A stretch of DNA of 64,000 nucleotides. It comes from Takakia lepidozioides (taxonomy: Eukaryota; Plantae; Bryophyta). Below the pieces are notes generated by a model, which saw only the letters and a program-made list of their open reading frames with translations, was not told where the DNA came from and ran no database searches. Below, one piece after another: positions 1-13,260 of the stretch; position 1 is the first letter of the stretch, and each line of letters begins with the position of its first letter. Both the position numbers and the translations under genes were made by a program. The DNA lies in the NCBI GenBank assembly GCA_030704615.1, contig CM060731.1, positions 83,886,001 to 83,950,000 of the forward strand, in the 5' to 3' direction.

Positions 1-63
1 CAGCGTGTGGCTGGTAAGCTTTCTCTCTTTTTTATCAGTCTCTCTCTCTCTCTCTCTAGTTAG

Positions 64-1195
64 ATGCAGATCCTCAGTTTTGCATTGGAAACTTAATGTG
101 GAAAGGCAAGCTTCCCATTCCACGAGTACTTCTGCCATGATGAAAACCTGGAGACGACCAACTCAGGTTTCCAGCACGTGAATGCGATGATCTTACAGCA
201 CTCCCCTTGCTCTGTCGGTATTATGCTTGATGGGGGATTTGGAGGGCTGTCAATTGCACCTCATGTACACCTCTCTGCTTCGGGGCGGCCAGATGATCGT
301 GAAGCCCTCATGTTGGCACGTCGGATGTCCCAGCATCATGGTGTGAAATTCACAGTGATCCAGTGTTTGATTAGAAGCCCAAAAGTAGAAGGAATCCAGA
401 GACTGACAAGTAACACATTGCTTGAACAACATTTGCCAAGCAAACAATCTGGGTTTGTCAATCTTTCAGCAGCCATGAAACACCGGTTGGCTTTGCTGAG
501 ACTCGGGATGAAAACTTGTCACTTTTCCCAGGCACCGTGGCATAGTTCACAACGGCCAGATTTAGATGAGCAGAAAGGAAAAGCTGACAGCCATACACAA
601 GCAAGATTAGACAACCAGGCTTCAGCTTTGAATGCGCAGATTTGTACAACAAGTGTGGGAGCCAATGGCAGACCATTGGCGAAAAGTGGTGCAGCTCATC
701 TCAAATTGGAGAATGAAAATGAGAAGAAGTTAGACATGCAAGCACTTGCACCCCTCCTCGCTGCTTCTAAAGCAAGTGAGAGGGAGAGCAGGCTAGCAGG
801 CAATGACACATCCATAGGCTTCAGCTCTAGGGACCCAGATCGTAGCTTGGATGATAGTGGGCTGCACTACTCTAATCAGAACGAAGGCTTAAAGGTCTGG
901 GACATGGAGGATCCCTACAAACCTGTGGTAGAAGTGGCAGGTTGGTCTGATTTTGTCGGTCTGCACGTCTGCACTGGCACGAGAAGAGCCCCATTCTACA
1001 TTTGGGGGCGTTTCCATTGACGGGAGTGGCCTAGGGCCCATAGGAAACCTTCTTGTATCCAAGAAGCTAAAACACATGCAGGCCTCGGTACTCGTGGTGC
1101 AGCAACACCCCTCTCAGGGGCAGCTTCAAGTCTCTCAGATTCCCCCACAATCCCTTGAACTTGAAGTGGTAGATTTGGAAGGACCGGAGAGATAA
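64..1195 (+). CDS. 3' exon of a CHX-type cation/H+ antiporter (C-terminal cytosolic part), with an apparent frameshift near 930-950
   Basis: Motifs HVNAMILQHSPCSVGIMLDGG, PDDREAL and LGPIGNLL...ASVLVVQQ match plant CHX C-termini. They are split over ORFs 178-1020 and 953-1195. Upstream donor GTAAGC at 14; acceptor near 62-63. Confidence 0.75.
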
Positions 1196-1494
1196 ATTTA
1201 CTTAGGAAACCTCTTCCTACAGTTTTTCCTTCGACATTTCCCTGTGTAGATCATTATCCTTCGTATTCATGGATGAAAAGTGGATGAAAAGTGGAAATTG
1301 TTGCCAGTAAAATCAAGGATCTCACGGATGAATCCTCTCTCCTCCACCGGCCTCGAATCGTGGGTGTGGATATGGTCTAGCTACCGCCTTTCAAATCCGG
1401 GGGAGAGAGGAGAGCGGGCAAGAGGAGAGAGAAAAGGTGTTGAAAAATGGTAAGGGTTGTTTAGACTGAAAAGTTTGGGCTTGAGAGAGAGGAT

Positions 1495-4400
1495 ATGGCT
1501 TTGCAAAAGCAATTGATACCACCATTTCGCTATGCGATTGTGGAAGACTCCTTCTTCAGGTACTTTTCACTACCTTACCATCGACATGTAGTTCACGCTC
1601 TCGCTTATGTTGCTCCTGCACTGAGATGTCCTTGTAGATTCTCTATAGCTATCACGAGGCAGTCGTCTGCGTTTATGACGACGCTGTTCTCGTCAGCTAT
1701 ATGGATGTGGATTCGAATGAGAGTTAAATCAGACGCGTGGTTTTGTCGAGTGTGAAATTGTGCTCCGAGTTCGGAATTGTCGAGAAACCCTCCACAGCCT
1801 TCTTCTTCCCAACGTCCACCGTCTTCTCCACACTCCCCCCCCCACCCCCACCACCTTACAAATCACTGTATACTTCCTTCCACAATGAAACGTAGGACAC
1901 GGGAGATAGAATTGTCCTCTTTCCTGGTAACTTTATTACTACAGAGAAGAGAGAGATGTGGGGGAGGGACGGGGCTGATTGAGCGAATCTGACTTGGTAC
2001 TACAGTTTTGGGGCCTGCTTCAGGCGATTGGTTTTCTTCATGTCAGCAAAGAATTTCTGATGTAGAATTGTCTAGATTGCAATTACAAGAATGCAAATAT
2101 CTATGGTTGTATCCACTGGAGCTGATCTCAGACCAATGGTAGTGAGAAAATCAAGGTAGGAAGATGCATTCTCAAACTTCCTTTTGGTACCTGCCAGTGT
2201 TGTTTGTAGCCAATCCTCCACAGGTGCTTGGTTCAAGTAGCTCCAAACAGGTAGCCCATTGTTTAAGGCGCTGTTGGCCAGTTCAAATCCCGTTTTGTAA
2301 TCTAGTCAACTGTCTACCCAGCAGTGGGCACAGATCTGACTTGCATATTCAGTACCTGGTGGCCTTCCAATTTCCCAAGAGAAAATCTGGGCAACAAAGA
2401 TTCCAGCTGAGCATTCTGAGCAGCTGTGGGAAAGTGGCCACCTCATAATGGAGGAAGTTACAGCCCTATCAGGTCAAAGAGTCGGTAGATGTTACTCGAG
2501 CTCCTGTGAGCTTCATAGATGCTTCTAAACTCCTGGTGCTTCAGTGACGACCAGTGTGACCTAGATCATATTAACATGGGTTATTGCACAAGCCAGGAAA
2601 GTGGACTTATGGCAGGGGTTTTTATATGCAAAGAATGTACTCATAAGATGTTGTTTGCCGTAGCCTTGTGGCCGTTGACCCAGCGCCCAGTTTGAGCGGA
2701 ACACAAAGGGACAGAAACTACCTTTGTCAGGGGCTGATGCGGGTAGTATGACTTACCTTGGAACAGACAATTGATCCGAGTTTTCCAGATATCCTCTAGA
2801 AATCCCTTTACACAAGCATCAATCTGTTGTGTGTGCTTTGCCCCCCTAACTAGGCCCCGAAAAAGGGCCTGGGCTTTTGGCTTAGCCTCGAGATTTTCAA
2901 AGTTGGTCAACAGAGGTACAGGAACAAATCCCTTGATGGATTCGAAGAGGGCATCTCTCTGATGAGAGTACCCAGGACAATGAATCAGAAAGTGGATATT
3001 GTCTTCAGGTTGCCCACACAACGGGCATTTGCAATCCCCCTTTCCTCTCTGCATCTGTTTGCTGTTCAAAGGTGGGCTTCCCACCCTGAGTTTAAATTTC
3101 AGTCTAGTGCTGAGAGTGGGTAAACCCCTGAGGTCATCATGATGGCCTCACCCATGTCACAGACTTGAAACAAGTTCAGGGAAGTTTTCTGCCTAACTTC
3201 ATTTTCATCAGACAATTCCCTGGCAACAGACATGGCTTTGGACACTACAGCCTCTAAGTCAGATTTATCCAGCAGGGTCAAGACTTGCAGACTTTGATTC
3301 AGATCCTTGAAAATCTCTTCTACCCTCTTCCGCCAGGACTTAGCCTGTTTGACAGGGCGATCCTGCTTCCAAGATATAGAGTCGATGAACTTATGATATC
3401 TGATATTAGTCATACGTTGCAGCTGACCCCCCACCAAGTGACCTTGAATTCATCTCGTCGGGAACTTAAGGGAGGAATGCCAAACTCACCCCGAACAGCC
3501 ACATTAGCTGTTTTGGAGCATGCTGACATGCACTCCTTGAGCACACACCCCCACTTGAATGGATTGTAGAGACTTAGCCTGGTTGGAGTTATCCACCCAC
3601 ACTGCAGATGCATACTACAAGGCAGGCCTAAAACCACGGCAAATCATGGTTTTTTTTACAGAGTTGATCCCTCTGCAGTGGAAAAACTTACTGAAACCCA
3701 ACAATTTGCGCTTGCCAGATTGAACAACTTTTTGAATATGCGCATCCCAATTACAGTTGGAGGAAAACAACGCCAAGGTATGTGTAGGAAGGGAGGACAG
3801 GAATCTCTTGGCTTCCCCTCTGCCACTTGAGATCGCCTCTCCCTCCCCTCGGTCGTTGAATGCCACCACTGCGCATTTACTGACGTTAGCCTCTAGCCCC
3901 CAAAGGTCAAAGTATCTCTTCACGCAATCAATCAACTCCTGAAGATTGGATGGAGTCTCCCCTATGCCTGCGAAGTCATCCGCAAACAGAAGGGCTGGTA
4001 TGGTGGCATCACCCACCCTTAACCCAAATCCCTCACTTTCCACGTCCTCAAGAAGTTGATTGATGAAAACATTGAAGAGCAGAGGGGAGAGGGTACATCC
4101 TTGAGCTACACCTTGGTCTATGTCAAAGAAGTTAGACTTCTGTCCATTAACAGTGACACAGATTTTGGTGTGAGCATACAAGTTATGGACCACTCTCCAC
4201 ATCTTTCCCATGATCCCAGATGACCAGAATCAGAGACATAGACCATCTCTCCACACTGTGTCATAAGCCTTTTTGACATCCAAGAAAAAGGCAAAAGTGG
4301 GTTTCCCTTCTTTTTTCCATTCCCTGGATAATCTGGCTTATGAAGATATGATCCACAGCCCCTGTTTCTCCGAAAGCCAGCTTGCCCTTCATGGAAACAA

Positions 4401-7400
4401 CCTCTAGACTCCAGATCAACCTCAAGACGAGTACTTATAACTCTGCAAAATATCTTGCCAACTGCATTGAGAAGCGTGATGCCTCAATAGATCCCCAGCT
4501 CTTCTCTGTCACCTTTCTTGTGTAGATTGACAATGACTCCCTGTCGCCAGCAAAAGGGGATCATTTCAGTCCTCCAGATAAGATTAAAGAGAAGTACAAG
4601 GGCCTCTATCATGGGGTCACCACCGTGCTTGATAAGCTCGTTGACTATGCCATCAGGTCCACCAGCTTTACATCCGTTTAAATGCTCAATTCGTTCCACA
4701 ATCTCAGAAGAACTAATGGGAGCGTTGTAACCCTTTGAAATATACTCCAGTTCATCAGGGCTGTCTTGAATCATAGGAACAGTTTTTTCAACTGTGTCCT
4801 TCCATTCTTCAGAAGATTCCTCACTCTTAGACCTAGAATGTCTGGCAAGGATACTGTAGTGAATTTCAAAGGTTTTGACAATGTCAACCATTAAAGTCAC
4901 CACTGCACCCTGAATAGTCCTCAGCGCTTGCACTTGCTGACAATTTTTCGGCTTGTACAGATGTTGAAGGGCCAACCAGAATCTCTTGTCATTACCACCA
5001 TGTTGATTTGAGTTTATTTCACTGTATAACTTGTCCCAGTATAATTTCTTCTGAGACCTTACAAACTGATTGATATCTTTGCGGATCTGGTAGTACCTAG
5101 CCCACAATTCTTTGTTGACTTTCATATTGCAGCTCTCTTTACAGAGGACTCATCTCTCGGCTATCTTGAGTTTGATCTCATTGGTCCACCAATTAACAGC
5201 TCTACCGTAGACAATTAGTTTCCTCCCAATGATCTCGTCAGCCAGAGAGGAGACAAAACTCTCCCAAGAATCCACCGCTCTTTCGACTTCATTTCTTGCG
5301 TGAGACTGAAGATCTTGGAGCGAAGAGAGCCTCTTGCAAGGCCTGGACATACTCAGCCTTGACCTCTTCAGTTTGGAATTTTTCTATGCGCCACTTCCGA
5401 ATCGAACGTTTGACAGATCTCTTGGTGTTGGGGAAACACCTTTTGATCTCAGTCCAAACCAGAAAGTGGTCAGAGGTACCAATACCAGTTCTGTTGATCA
5501 ACACATTGGCACTCTGGGGAAACAAATTCTTTTCCACTATGTTATGATCCACAATGGATCGTTCCCCAGTTGGGTTCTCTCACGAGTCCACTGCACAAGG
5601 TCTCCTTCTGACCTATTATTCAAGGTCAAAAGCTGAAGTTCTTCCAGACAGTTTATTAACCGTCTTCCATTAGAATTCAGCTCGTCCTCACCAAAAGGCC
5701 CAATGTCTCATCCTCGTGAAGACCTTTACCCACCCGGGCATTGAAGTCACCCAATAGGACCACCTGACCTTTGGCGAGGAACTTAGCACAGTCCAGCTTT
5801 ACGTTCTCGAAGGCTTTATCTGCGTCAGCACTAAGGGTCCCCTCTGTGGGCATGTAAACACAACCCACAAAGAGGTCTGTCCTACTCACGCCGTCCTTCA
5901 ATTTCAATTTCAGCCAGATACTGTGCTTATACTGCAAATCCTTGTTGATAATTTCAAAATTGTCACACAAGAAATCTCGGACAAAGAATCCAGCACCTTT
6001 TTGACCACGCTTGGCAGAGGCCGCCTCAAGTGCATACATCTTACCAAACCACTCATAACCATTGACATCTCCAACCAGTTTGTCCGAAGTTTCCCATGTC
6101 TCTTGCCCTGCACAGATGTGCATACCATTTGCCTGAAGAACTTGTCGCACTTCAAATTGTTTCCTTTGGTTAGTCAGCCCCGAGAAGTTGAAATTGCCCA
6201 GCTGCAAGCCAGCCCTTTGCATATGGATTGTTTGCCATCTAGGTAGCCCATGATTGCTCCTGGACGACCAACTGATCTGCAAAGGAGGGTCAATTACCCC
6301 GTGGGTAGATTTTGCTGTGTAAACTTTAAGGATTGGCAAACGATTCAGAGGATCATATCTTTCAGTCACACGACGCTGAGACTCAGCACACATAGGGCCA
6401 GCTAGCCTGTCTGGCTGCTTGGTATCAACCTCATCCAGCGCATCAAACTAGTTAGAAACTTTCAAGTTGAAGTCCCCACCCTTGGTTGTCTTCCTAGAGC
6501 GTCTCATTGAATCACCAATGTCTAAGACCACTCTCCAGCCAGTCAAGGGACGAACTTCTTTGAAACTGATTTGATGTGAGACTCTATTTGTAGCATTTTT
6601 AGACATTGAAACCTTCACAGTACCTCTGTTATCAAGTATTGAGATGGTGCCATTAGCCACATAATCCAAGCCTAAGCTGGAGCAGGTAATTTTAAAGGAC
6701 ACATTGTCCATCCTGGGATTCACCCCAAAAACTACACATGAAGCCGCAGATTTGGCAAGTAACCATTTCCCAGGAATCAGCCTGAGGAGTGTTGTTATCA
6801 TCATGGCATATTAAATTGTTTGATTTTGCAGGCTATAAGTTTAAGCACAAGGACCAACCCTAGCCCAAGTCCCGAGCATGCTAGACAGAGCATGCAACTG
6901 CCCATTTTGGGCGGAGGGGCTGCCCCCAAGCAGTAGGGGTCCGCGTGTTACCGATCACCACTGCAAAGGAGCTGCAGGGAATGGCCCGCTTAGACATATT
7001 CTAAAGAGGGAGAGGCCCCAAACTCTCCAACTAAATCCAGTGCACTACCTTACCTGAAGCAGAGTGCTTCAGGTCAAAACAAACAAAGACACAAGGTTAC
7101 AGGGCTGGCATTTAGTCACAGAGACCTTTATCTACTCCCATGTCAAGTCCTAGTGGGCAGGGAGAATTTATATGCAAAGAGACACTAACAATGGAAGGAA
7201 AAATGGTTAATCTGGGAATTGCAAACAGACATTTTGGTAGAAAGAAATGTAACCTCTAATCATTTTTGAAAGTCTTGTATATCAGTTTTGATGTCTAATC
7301 CTCCATCCCCTTTGGAGCAGAGGTGCATATCCAACTATTAAAAACTTCAGATTTCTGAGGCGACTGCATTTGAAGACAATTGTTTCACTCACGCCTGAAG

Positions 7401-9869
7401 CACGCCCAAACCGTGACATCCGCGAGTTCTGTGAACATGAAGGCATCACTACTCATAATTTCTTTGTTGACAAATTTCAGGTTCCCCCTCCCGACCCTTT
7501 CCCCCTCTCTTTCTGTCAGCGATGGCTGTGTGCCCCTTCTTCTCCTTCTTAGTTTTCTTCTTCTCTATATCAGGGTTTCTACGGTCACCAACAAGCATGG
7601 TGTCCATGAGTACTAGTCCTCTCTTTTCAATGTTCTATGGATCTTTGGCCTTTTGAGAGGAGTCTAATATCGTCATCAGGGTTGTGCCTCCACACATAAG
7701 GGAGAAAACATATAAACCTTTTATGTCGCCGAGAAGAGATGCGATGGATCAACTGTTTTCAGCATTTCAAGGGGGTTTAGCCTTCAAGCAAAGTTGTTGT
7801 TGTTGCCCTGCCTCACTAAGCTTGCATGGTTGGCCTACCTGGGGTCCAAAGGACTACGGTTTTCCTTAGATGTTGGAGTTATGTGAGTAGATTGTTCAAA
7901 GACATGCTTTGACCAATGGTTGGAATTGGTAGCAGTAGTACCTGTCTATCACACTATGTGCTGATATTGCGAGAATATAGATGTTGTTAGTATGTCCATC
8001 CAGTTGTGAGATATGCATTAAAGAACTTCAGTACGGTGGATTCGCTGTACCAAATCCTGCAGTGGTGCTGGGTATCGTGAGTTGTCCCTTTCTGATTTCT
8101 ATGGTCTCTTGCTTTGCTCTTGACAGGTCAAAACTGGGCTGGGGCGGGGGTAAATTCTGCAGGATGGGGTGACTTTAACAAATATGAAAGTAATCCAAGT
8201 TCTCCAGATCATAATTCGCCCCGAGAATCTTCCTGTCTACTTGCACTGCCTAGATGGCACTCATATCACAGGTCTTGTGGTATGCTTCTTTCAACCTGGT
8301 ACTTCGCTTTTTGAATTCTATATAGGAAGCAAACAGACAGATCCATATTTTGGTGGTTGGAATAATCTTAAGCAAGATGAACACGCCAGTCAAATTGTTT
8401 CTGAGGTTATCTTGGCCATCATTGGACCTTTCACTGACGATGTTCTTCAGGGATTGTTTGTTTGTGTAGCTTGTAATCTATGCCTGTTGGAACTTAGTGA
8501 GCTTGATGGTCATATTGGGGTGTGTCTGGCAGGTAATGTGTTGTCGGAAGTTGCAGAGTTGGAACCTCTCAACCTCAATCGCGGAGTTTTGTCAGTTTGA
8601 AAAGGATGGTGAAATCTCCCGAGAGGAGTCCCAGTTTGTGGAATCATTCCGTGGGGAGATTGAGATCCCCCCCATTATCCCCAAGTGGCTCTGGCAGGCA
8701 AGTGCCCCTATGCTTTTCTAGATTAATGAAAGGCATATTGCTACTCGAATAAAATCATACATGAGGGTTGGCTCATGTGAGACTCTTTGGATAATGCTGG
8801 TATAGTTGGTGGTCATTGCTGATGCTGGTATGGATGTGGCATGTTACGTCTCTGGACTGCACAGAGAAAGAGTGAGATGACATGAGTCCCCAGATGTTTA
8901 TGCAATTGAGGCTTTTTCCTGTCGGTGTTAGATCAGTTGGACCTTACCTTCTGATTCCTGTAATTAGTAGAAAGCCTGACAGGAGACACTATCCAGGGTG
9001 TTCGCACAGTGAAGCACCCAACATTTCGTCTCCGTTTCTTGCCTCCAATTATTCCCGACCAAAAAGAAGAGGAGGGATCTGTTATTTCAACCAGCACTCG
9101 CCACAGTGACATCTCCAACACTATAAGTAAACCACGATATCACCCGAGTGGGGGCATCGATTTAACTGCAAGCAGAGACTCTGGAGCTGACAGCTTGCTG
9201 AAACATCCTGGTGTCAGTGGACCAGGGACTGCAAATGAACTCACTCCTTTGAGTGGGCTCACCCCTTTAGGTGGGGGCAGTGGGCCTGAAGGAGGTGTCA
9301 TATATGGAGATGCTGGCAGTGGAGGCCGAGGACAGTTTGGTAAATTTGGCATGAATTTGACCATGAATGTTGCGCATGGAAGGGACGAAGGGTCCAGTAA
9401 CCGGGGTGTGGTCGTATATAAGTTTCCTCGCATGATAGCTTTGGACAGAAATGAGAGATGGAGTGGGGCAGCCAATATTGGGTTTCCTCGGCAGGGGATT
9501 CGTGAACTGCATGATAATGAGCGCTGTCGTAATCTGGAGGTATGGGGTGAGTTTTGTGTCTTGAGAAGGTTCTCGTAAGATGTTGTTTGCTGTGGCCATA
9601 GACCCTGCGCCTGGTTTGGGCGCAATAGAAGGCAGAACAGTTTGTATCTTGAGAAAATTTGAAAAGACGACATACATTTGTATATGTGACAGTCCTATCT
9701 GCCTACATGTGAGTCTGAGGTCGAGCCATAACTTTGTGATAGTATGTGGCAGGCCTTAGCACTGGAGGGGTTGGATGTAGTAGGGCCACGTCGCTTGCCT
9801 GGATGGCCACGCCAGGCTCGGCGGCCACAGTCTATGATCTCTGCTCCCAATGGTACTCACTGGGCCTGA
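1495..9869 (+). CDS. OCA6/Siw14-like atypical dual-specificity phosphatase family protein; 6 exons: 1495-1559, 7321-7480, 8163-8279, 8533-8697, 8997-9539, 9753-9869
   Basis: The spliced product stays in phase: MALQKQLIPPFRYAIVEDSFFR|GAYPTIKNFRFLRRLHLKTIVSLTPE...LHCLDGTHITGLV|VMCCRKLQSWNLSTSIAEF...PKWLWQ|GVRTVKHPT...NLE|ALALEGL...WA*. All junctions are GT-AG except one GC-AG. Confidence 0.85.
2635..7166 (-). mobile_element. Near full-length degenerate LINE (APE endonuclease + RT + C-terminal Zn motif) in intron 1 of the phosphatase gene
   Basis: APE motifs GQETW, GDFNARVG, SDH; RT motifs GVAQGCTLSPLLF and LFADDF; CPLC..H..C near the 3' end; several frameshifts. Direct repeat TTTATATGCAAAGA at 2621-2634 and 7167-7180 is the putative TSD. 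Confidence 0.9.
9575..9635 (-). mobile_element. Tiny 3'-terminal fragment of the same LINE family, in intron 5 of the phosphatase gene
   Basis: taagatgttgtttgc..tggccatagaccctgcgcc matches 2644-2700. Confidence 0.65.
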
Positions 9870-10251
9870 CCCTCTCATTTCCTGGGATTTCCTTTCTTTC
9901 TTTCTGGCTTCCTCTCTGTCTCTCACCTATCTGTTTTGTCTAAAATGGCCATGTCTTGATATATGGCCACAAGGCTACAGCAAGCAAAGCCCTGCATGGT
10001 TAATCGTTTGCCTTTTCTGTTCTGTTAACAGTCTAGGAGTTATGGTGTCCTTATTTCGCTTGGTCGTTGCCCCTGTTCAGGAAAGGCACTTCCCCTTCGA
10101 GAAACAGAGCTACAACAGTCCATAACAAGGAGGTAATGGCTTGAAGCAAATGGGGAAAATAGCTGATGCGTGTTGCACATTTCTTCACATCGTTTACCAG
10201 CCCCACATCGAAGGCATTCCAAGTATATTGGTGGTTTCCTTCTATTGGACA

Positions 10252-10515
10252 CAGAATGTACGCATAAGCATAAGATGTTATTGGCCCTAGCCTTATGGCC
10301 ATAGACCCCGCGCCCAGTTTGGCGAAACAAAAGGGAACAGACGTTACCTTTGTGAGGGGCTCGCTAGTGTGACTTACCTTGATAAAGTTCGGGTATTCCA
10401 GATATCCCTTCACACAAGCATCAACCTGCTATGTGTGAGCTGCCCACTAATTAGACCCCAACAGGGCAAGGGCTTTAGGTTCAGCCTCAAGATTTTCATA
10501 ATTGGAAGTATTGGA
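10252..10515 (-). mobile_element. 5'-truncated 3' fragment of the same LINE family
   Basis: Visible similarity to 2632-2920, including the agaatgtac.cataag tail. Confidence 0.8.
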
Positions 10516-11599
10516 CAAGGAGAAAATCTAAACAGCAATGCAAGACCAAGTGGTGTGAAGGAGTCAGGTAAGAATTTGTGGCTTATACAAGCAGCCCATG
10601 CCATGTCCTGTGCAACAAGGTTCTAGAATTTGAGGGAAGAGAAGAGTCAGCAGGATAAAGGATGTCTCTTGCCACCTTCTTTATTTGGATGTACAAATGA
10701 GTGGAGCGATTTGTCTTCTGTTAATGGCAATTCTCCGCCTGCGTGCTGTGATGTGCCATCGTCCTACTATTCAAAGATTTTCAGGTCTCTGCCCATAACC
10801 TTTGAATAAAATGTATAGCTTGCCTCACTAGAAGGAATCAAATCAAGACTTCTGTTTTCTCAAATCTAAATATACACATTTGTTTCCTTCAAATTTAGTG
10901 GGGCTGTCAAGTTTGAACAGCCTGTGGACCTTTTTGCTGGCATTGAAGTCTGATGGGCAACTTGACAAGGACAATGTTGGTGTTTGCTGCTGATAGACAA
11001 AAGAGACAATCATTGATTCCTTTCTACTTCTTTTTTTTTCTTTTTTAGAAGGGAAACACTTGGAGTGACCATGAGACTCATGGGACGCATCCCAAGAGAA
11101 GGAGGAGAAGATAAATACCACATACAACTGGGTAGTAGGATTTGAACCCAAAGTCATCTCGATGGCACTCAGCGCACTATCCAATTGGTGATTGATTGCC
11201 ACTATCACTTATGCAAATGAATGAATAGGTAATGAAATGTAGGAAGCTATCATATCCATGTTGAGGGAGTTTGTGTACAAGATGGGAATTGAACAATTTG
11301 GTTTCTACGGTACATGTTGCCCTCTGATGAGTGTGGTGAAAACGCGGCTCTCTTTTGGAGTAGTGCTTTGAGTGTAGGAAGAGTGAGCAATGCATGTAGA
11401 GATAGAGATACGCACATAAAGGATGATGCCAGGGAGCTCATGAATGTAGTGCATCCATGCACTTTTTTTTCTTTTTTTTTCTTTTTTTGGTTTTTGTTTT
11501 TGGTGGAAAAGAGGGAACGGAGGCCCTGGAAAATAATTTAAAAACTGTGGGAAAAATAACCACCAAAATGGAATACCACTACTGAAAGAGGGAAAAAAG

Positions 11600-13260
11600 A
11601 AAGGGGGACGGTTGGGGAATGAAAGTTTCTCCGTGAATCGCGGTGAGGGAGCAGGGGACTTAGCCGTTTTTGCAAGTCCCCTCCCTGCTGCTGATGACCG
11701 CTGTTCCCTCTCCCTCCCTCCTTCCTCCTCATTGTGGATGTGATCATCCTGTCTTGAAGCTCATAACGCGGGCTCCCTGCTGATAGGGCTTCCTCTCTAT
11801 CCTTGTCTCTTTCTCTTCACTTGGAACTCTCGAAAAAAATGATCTTTAAGGAAATGTCAGTCGGATGGCTCTCCTTCCTTCTCGCTGCCTCCCTCTGTGT
11901 TGGCGTCGCCTGTGCAATCCCATCAGGCGTGTTGGAGATTGATTCCTTGAAGGCTACTTACTGCCCTCAGCCAGACTACTTGCAGATAAGTTGCCGCCCA
12001 CACTTCTCCCGCCCTTCTACTCTTCCCTCGCTACTATTTGAAGCAGTGGTCTCTCTCCTTCTTTGCACCCTCTTTGGAAGTATGTTATACTAAGCTCTTC
12101 CTTATCTTGTGCTTCCATTCTCTATGCTGGTTTAGCAACCTAGTCTCGCTCCCTCCGTTCGACCCTTCTCCTTCTTCTTTCTCGATGGCTTTTGTCAATG
12201 CCTGTGTTGGAGGGCCCCCAAGGAATGCTGCTCCCCATGCTAAACGGTCTAACCGAGATCGCAGAAGAAGTGGAAACGGCAGCAGGCATGGCGGTTTAGG
12301 CCTGCTGGGTTCGATCACCGCCGGGTAGACAAACTATGGAGTGAAGCTGCAGCAAACTCATCTGAGGACCAACCAATCCTCAAGCTGGATATGAATGTGA
12401 TAAAAGAGCACTCCCAAAAGCTCGAAGAGCAAGGAATCTCTTGCACTTCCCTGGAAGAGTGAGGGACAGGCACTGGGCCAGAATGTGGACTATAGAGCAT
12501 CTTGGAGCGAATGGAGGGCTCACCCCTCACTTCTGCCACCCCTTGGGAAGGGGTTTCTTTTCCATTATGTTTAGCTCGGCGGATTATGCAAGGGGTCTTC
12601 ATGGAACTTAAGGATTCAGTTGCTTGAAGCAGCTCCAAAGCTGAGAATGGTTTGGATAGAGCAGCCTGATCTGTAACAGTTAACAAATAAGGGAAGGATG
12701 TAAGGACTTCTGCCCTGGAATCCTCAGAGGCACCCTCAATGGGCAAAGAAAAAAGAGCAGGGAAATAAATGGCTGGCTCTTCAGCCATCTTTTTAGGCCT
12801 GGTTATCACATCTCCATTAGAGCCCGATAAGAAGCTGATCTACGTAGCCTCACGCCGCTGCTTTGTTTTCTGAAAAAAGTAAGCTGTCATTTTCTCTCCC
12901 TTCATAGACCAGTTAACACCTGCAAGTATTCTCATGAAGTTCTCCATTTTAGCTGACAACAAACCCAAATTACGTTTCGTAGTGAGGTATGAGTCAACCG
13001 TGACGAAGTCGTTGCTGCCGTTCTCCAGCGTCCTTTGGCAGTGAGTCAGGCATTTTGTCAGAGCCTTTTGTCTTTGAGTCCTTTCCATTTCCAATGACCT
13101 AGAAAGAACTTGAGCCTTCTTCCTTGTGGCCACTACTTTGTGTAAGAAAAAAGCGGTTAGAGACCGGAAGTCATTCCCAGCAGCCATCCAGACCTGTTCA
13201 GATATTGAAGATATTCAGCATTCTTCAAGTTCGCAGGGTTGAGTTTGAAGTATCCCCATC
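11600..13260 (-). mobile_element. Degraded L1/Tx1-like LINE remnants (ORF1-like pieces and the EN-RT linker)
   Basis: NWSMKGEKMTAYFFQK and PFSALELLQATESLSSMKTP resemble the L1 ORF2 motifs W...GE..T.YFF and PF...E...A...L...KSPG. The boundaries and the ORF1 part are uncertain. Confidence 0.55.

Noticed and set aside
9540-9578. ORF-track stop at 9578 as the phosphatase C-terminus
   Set aside because: A donor at 9540 splices in frame to the ALALEGL exon, and the apparent stop lies in an intronic LINE scrap.
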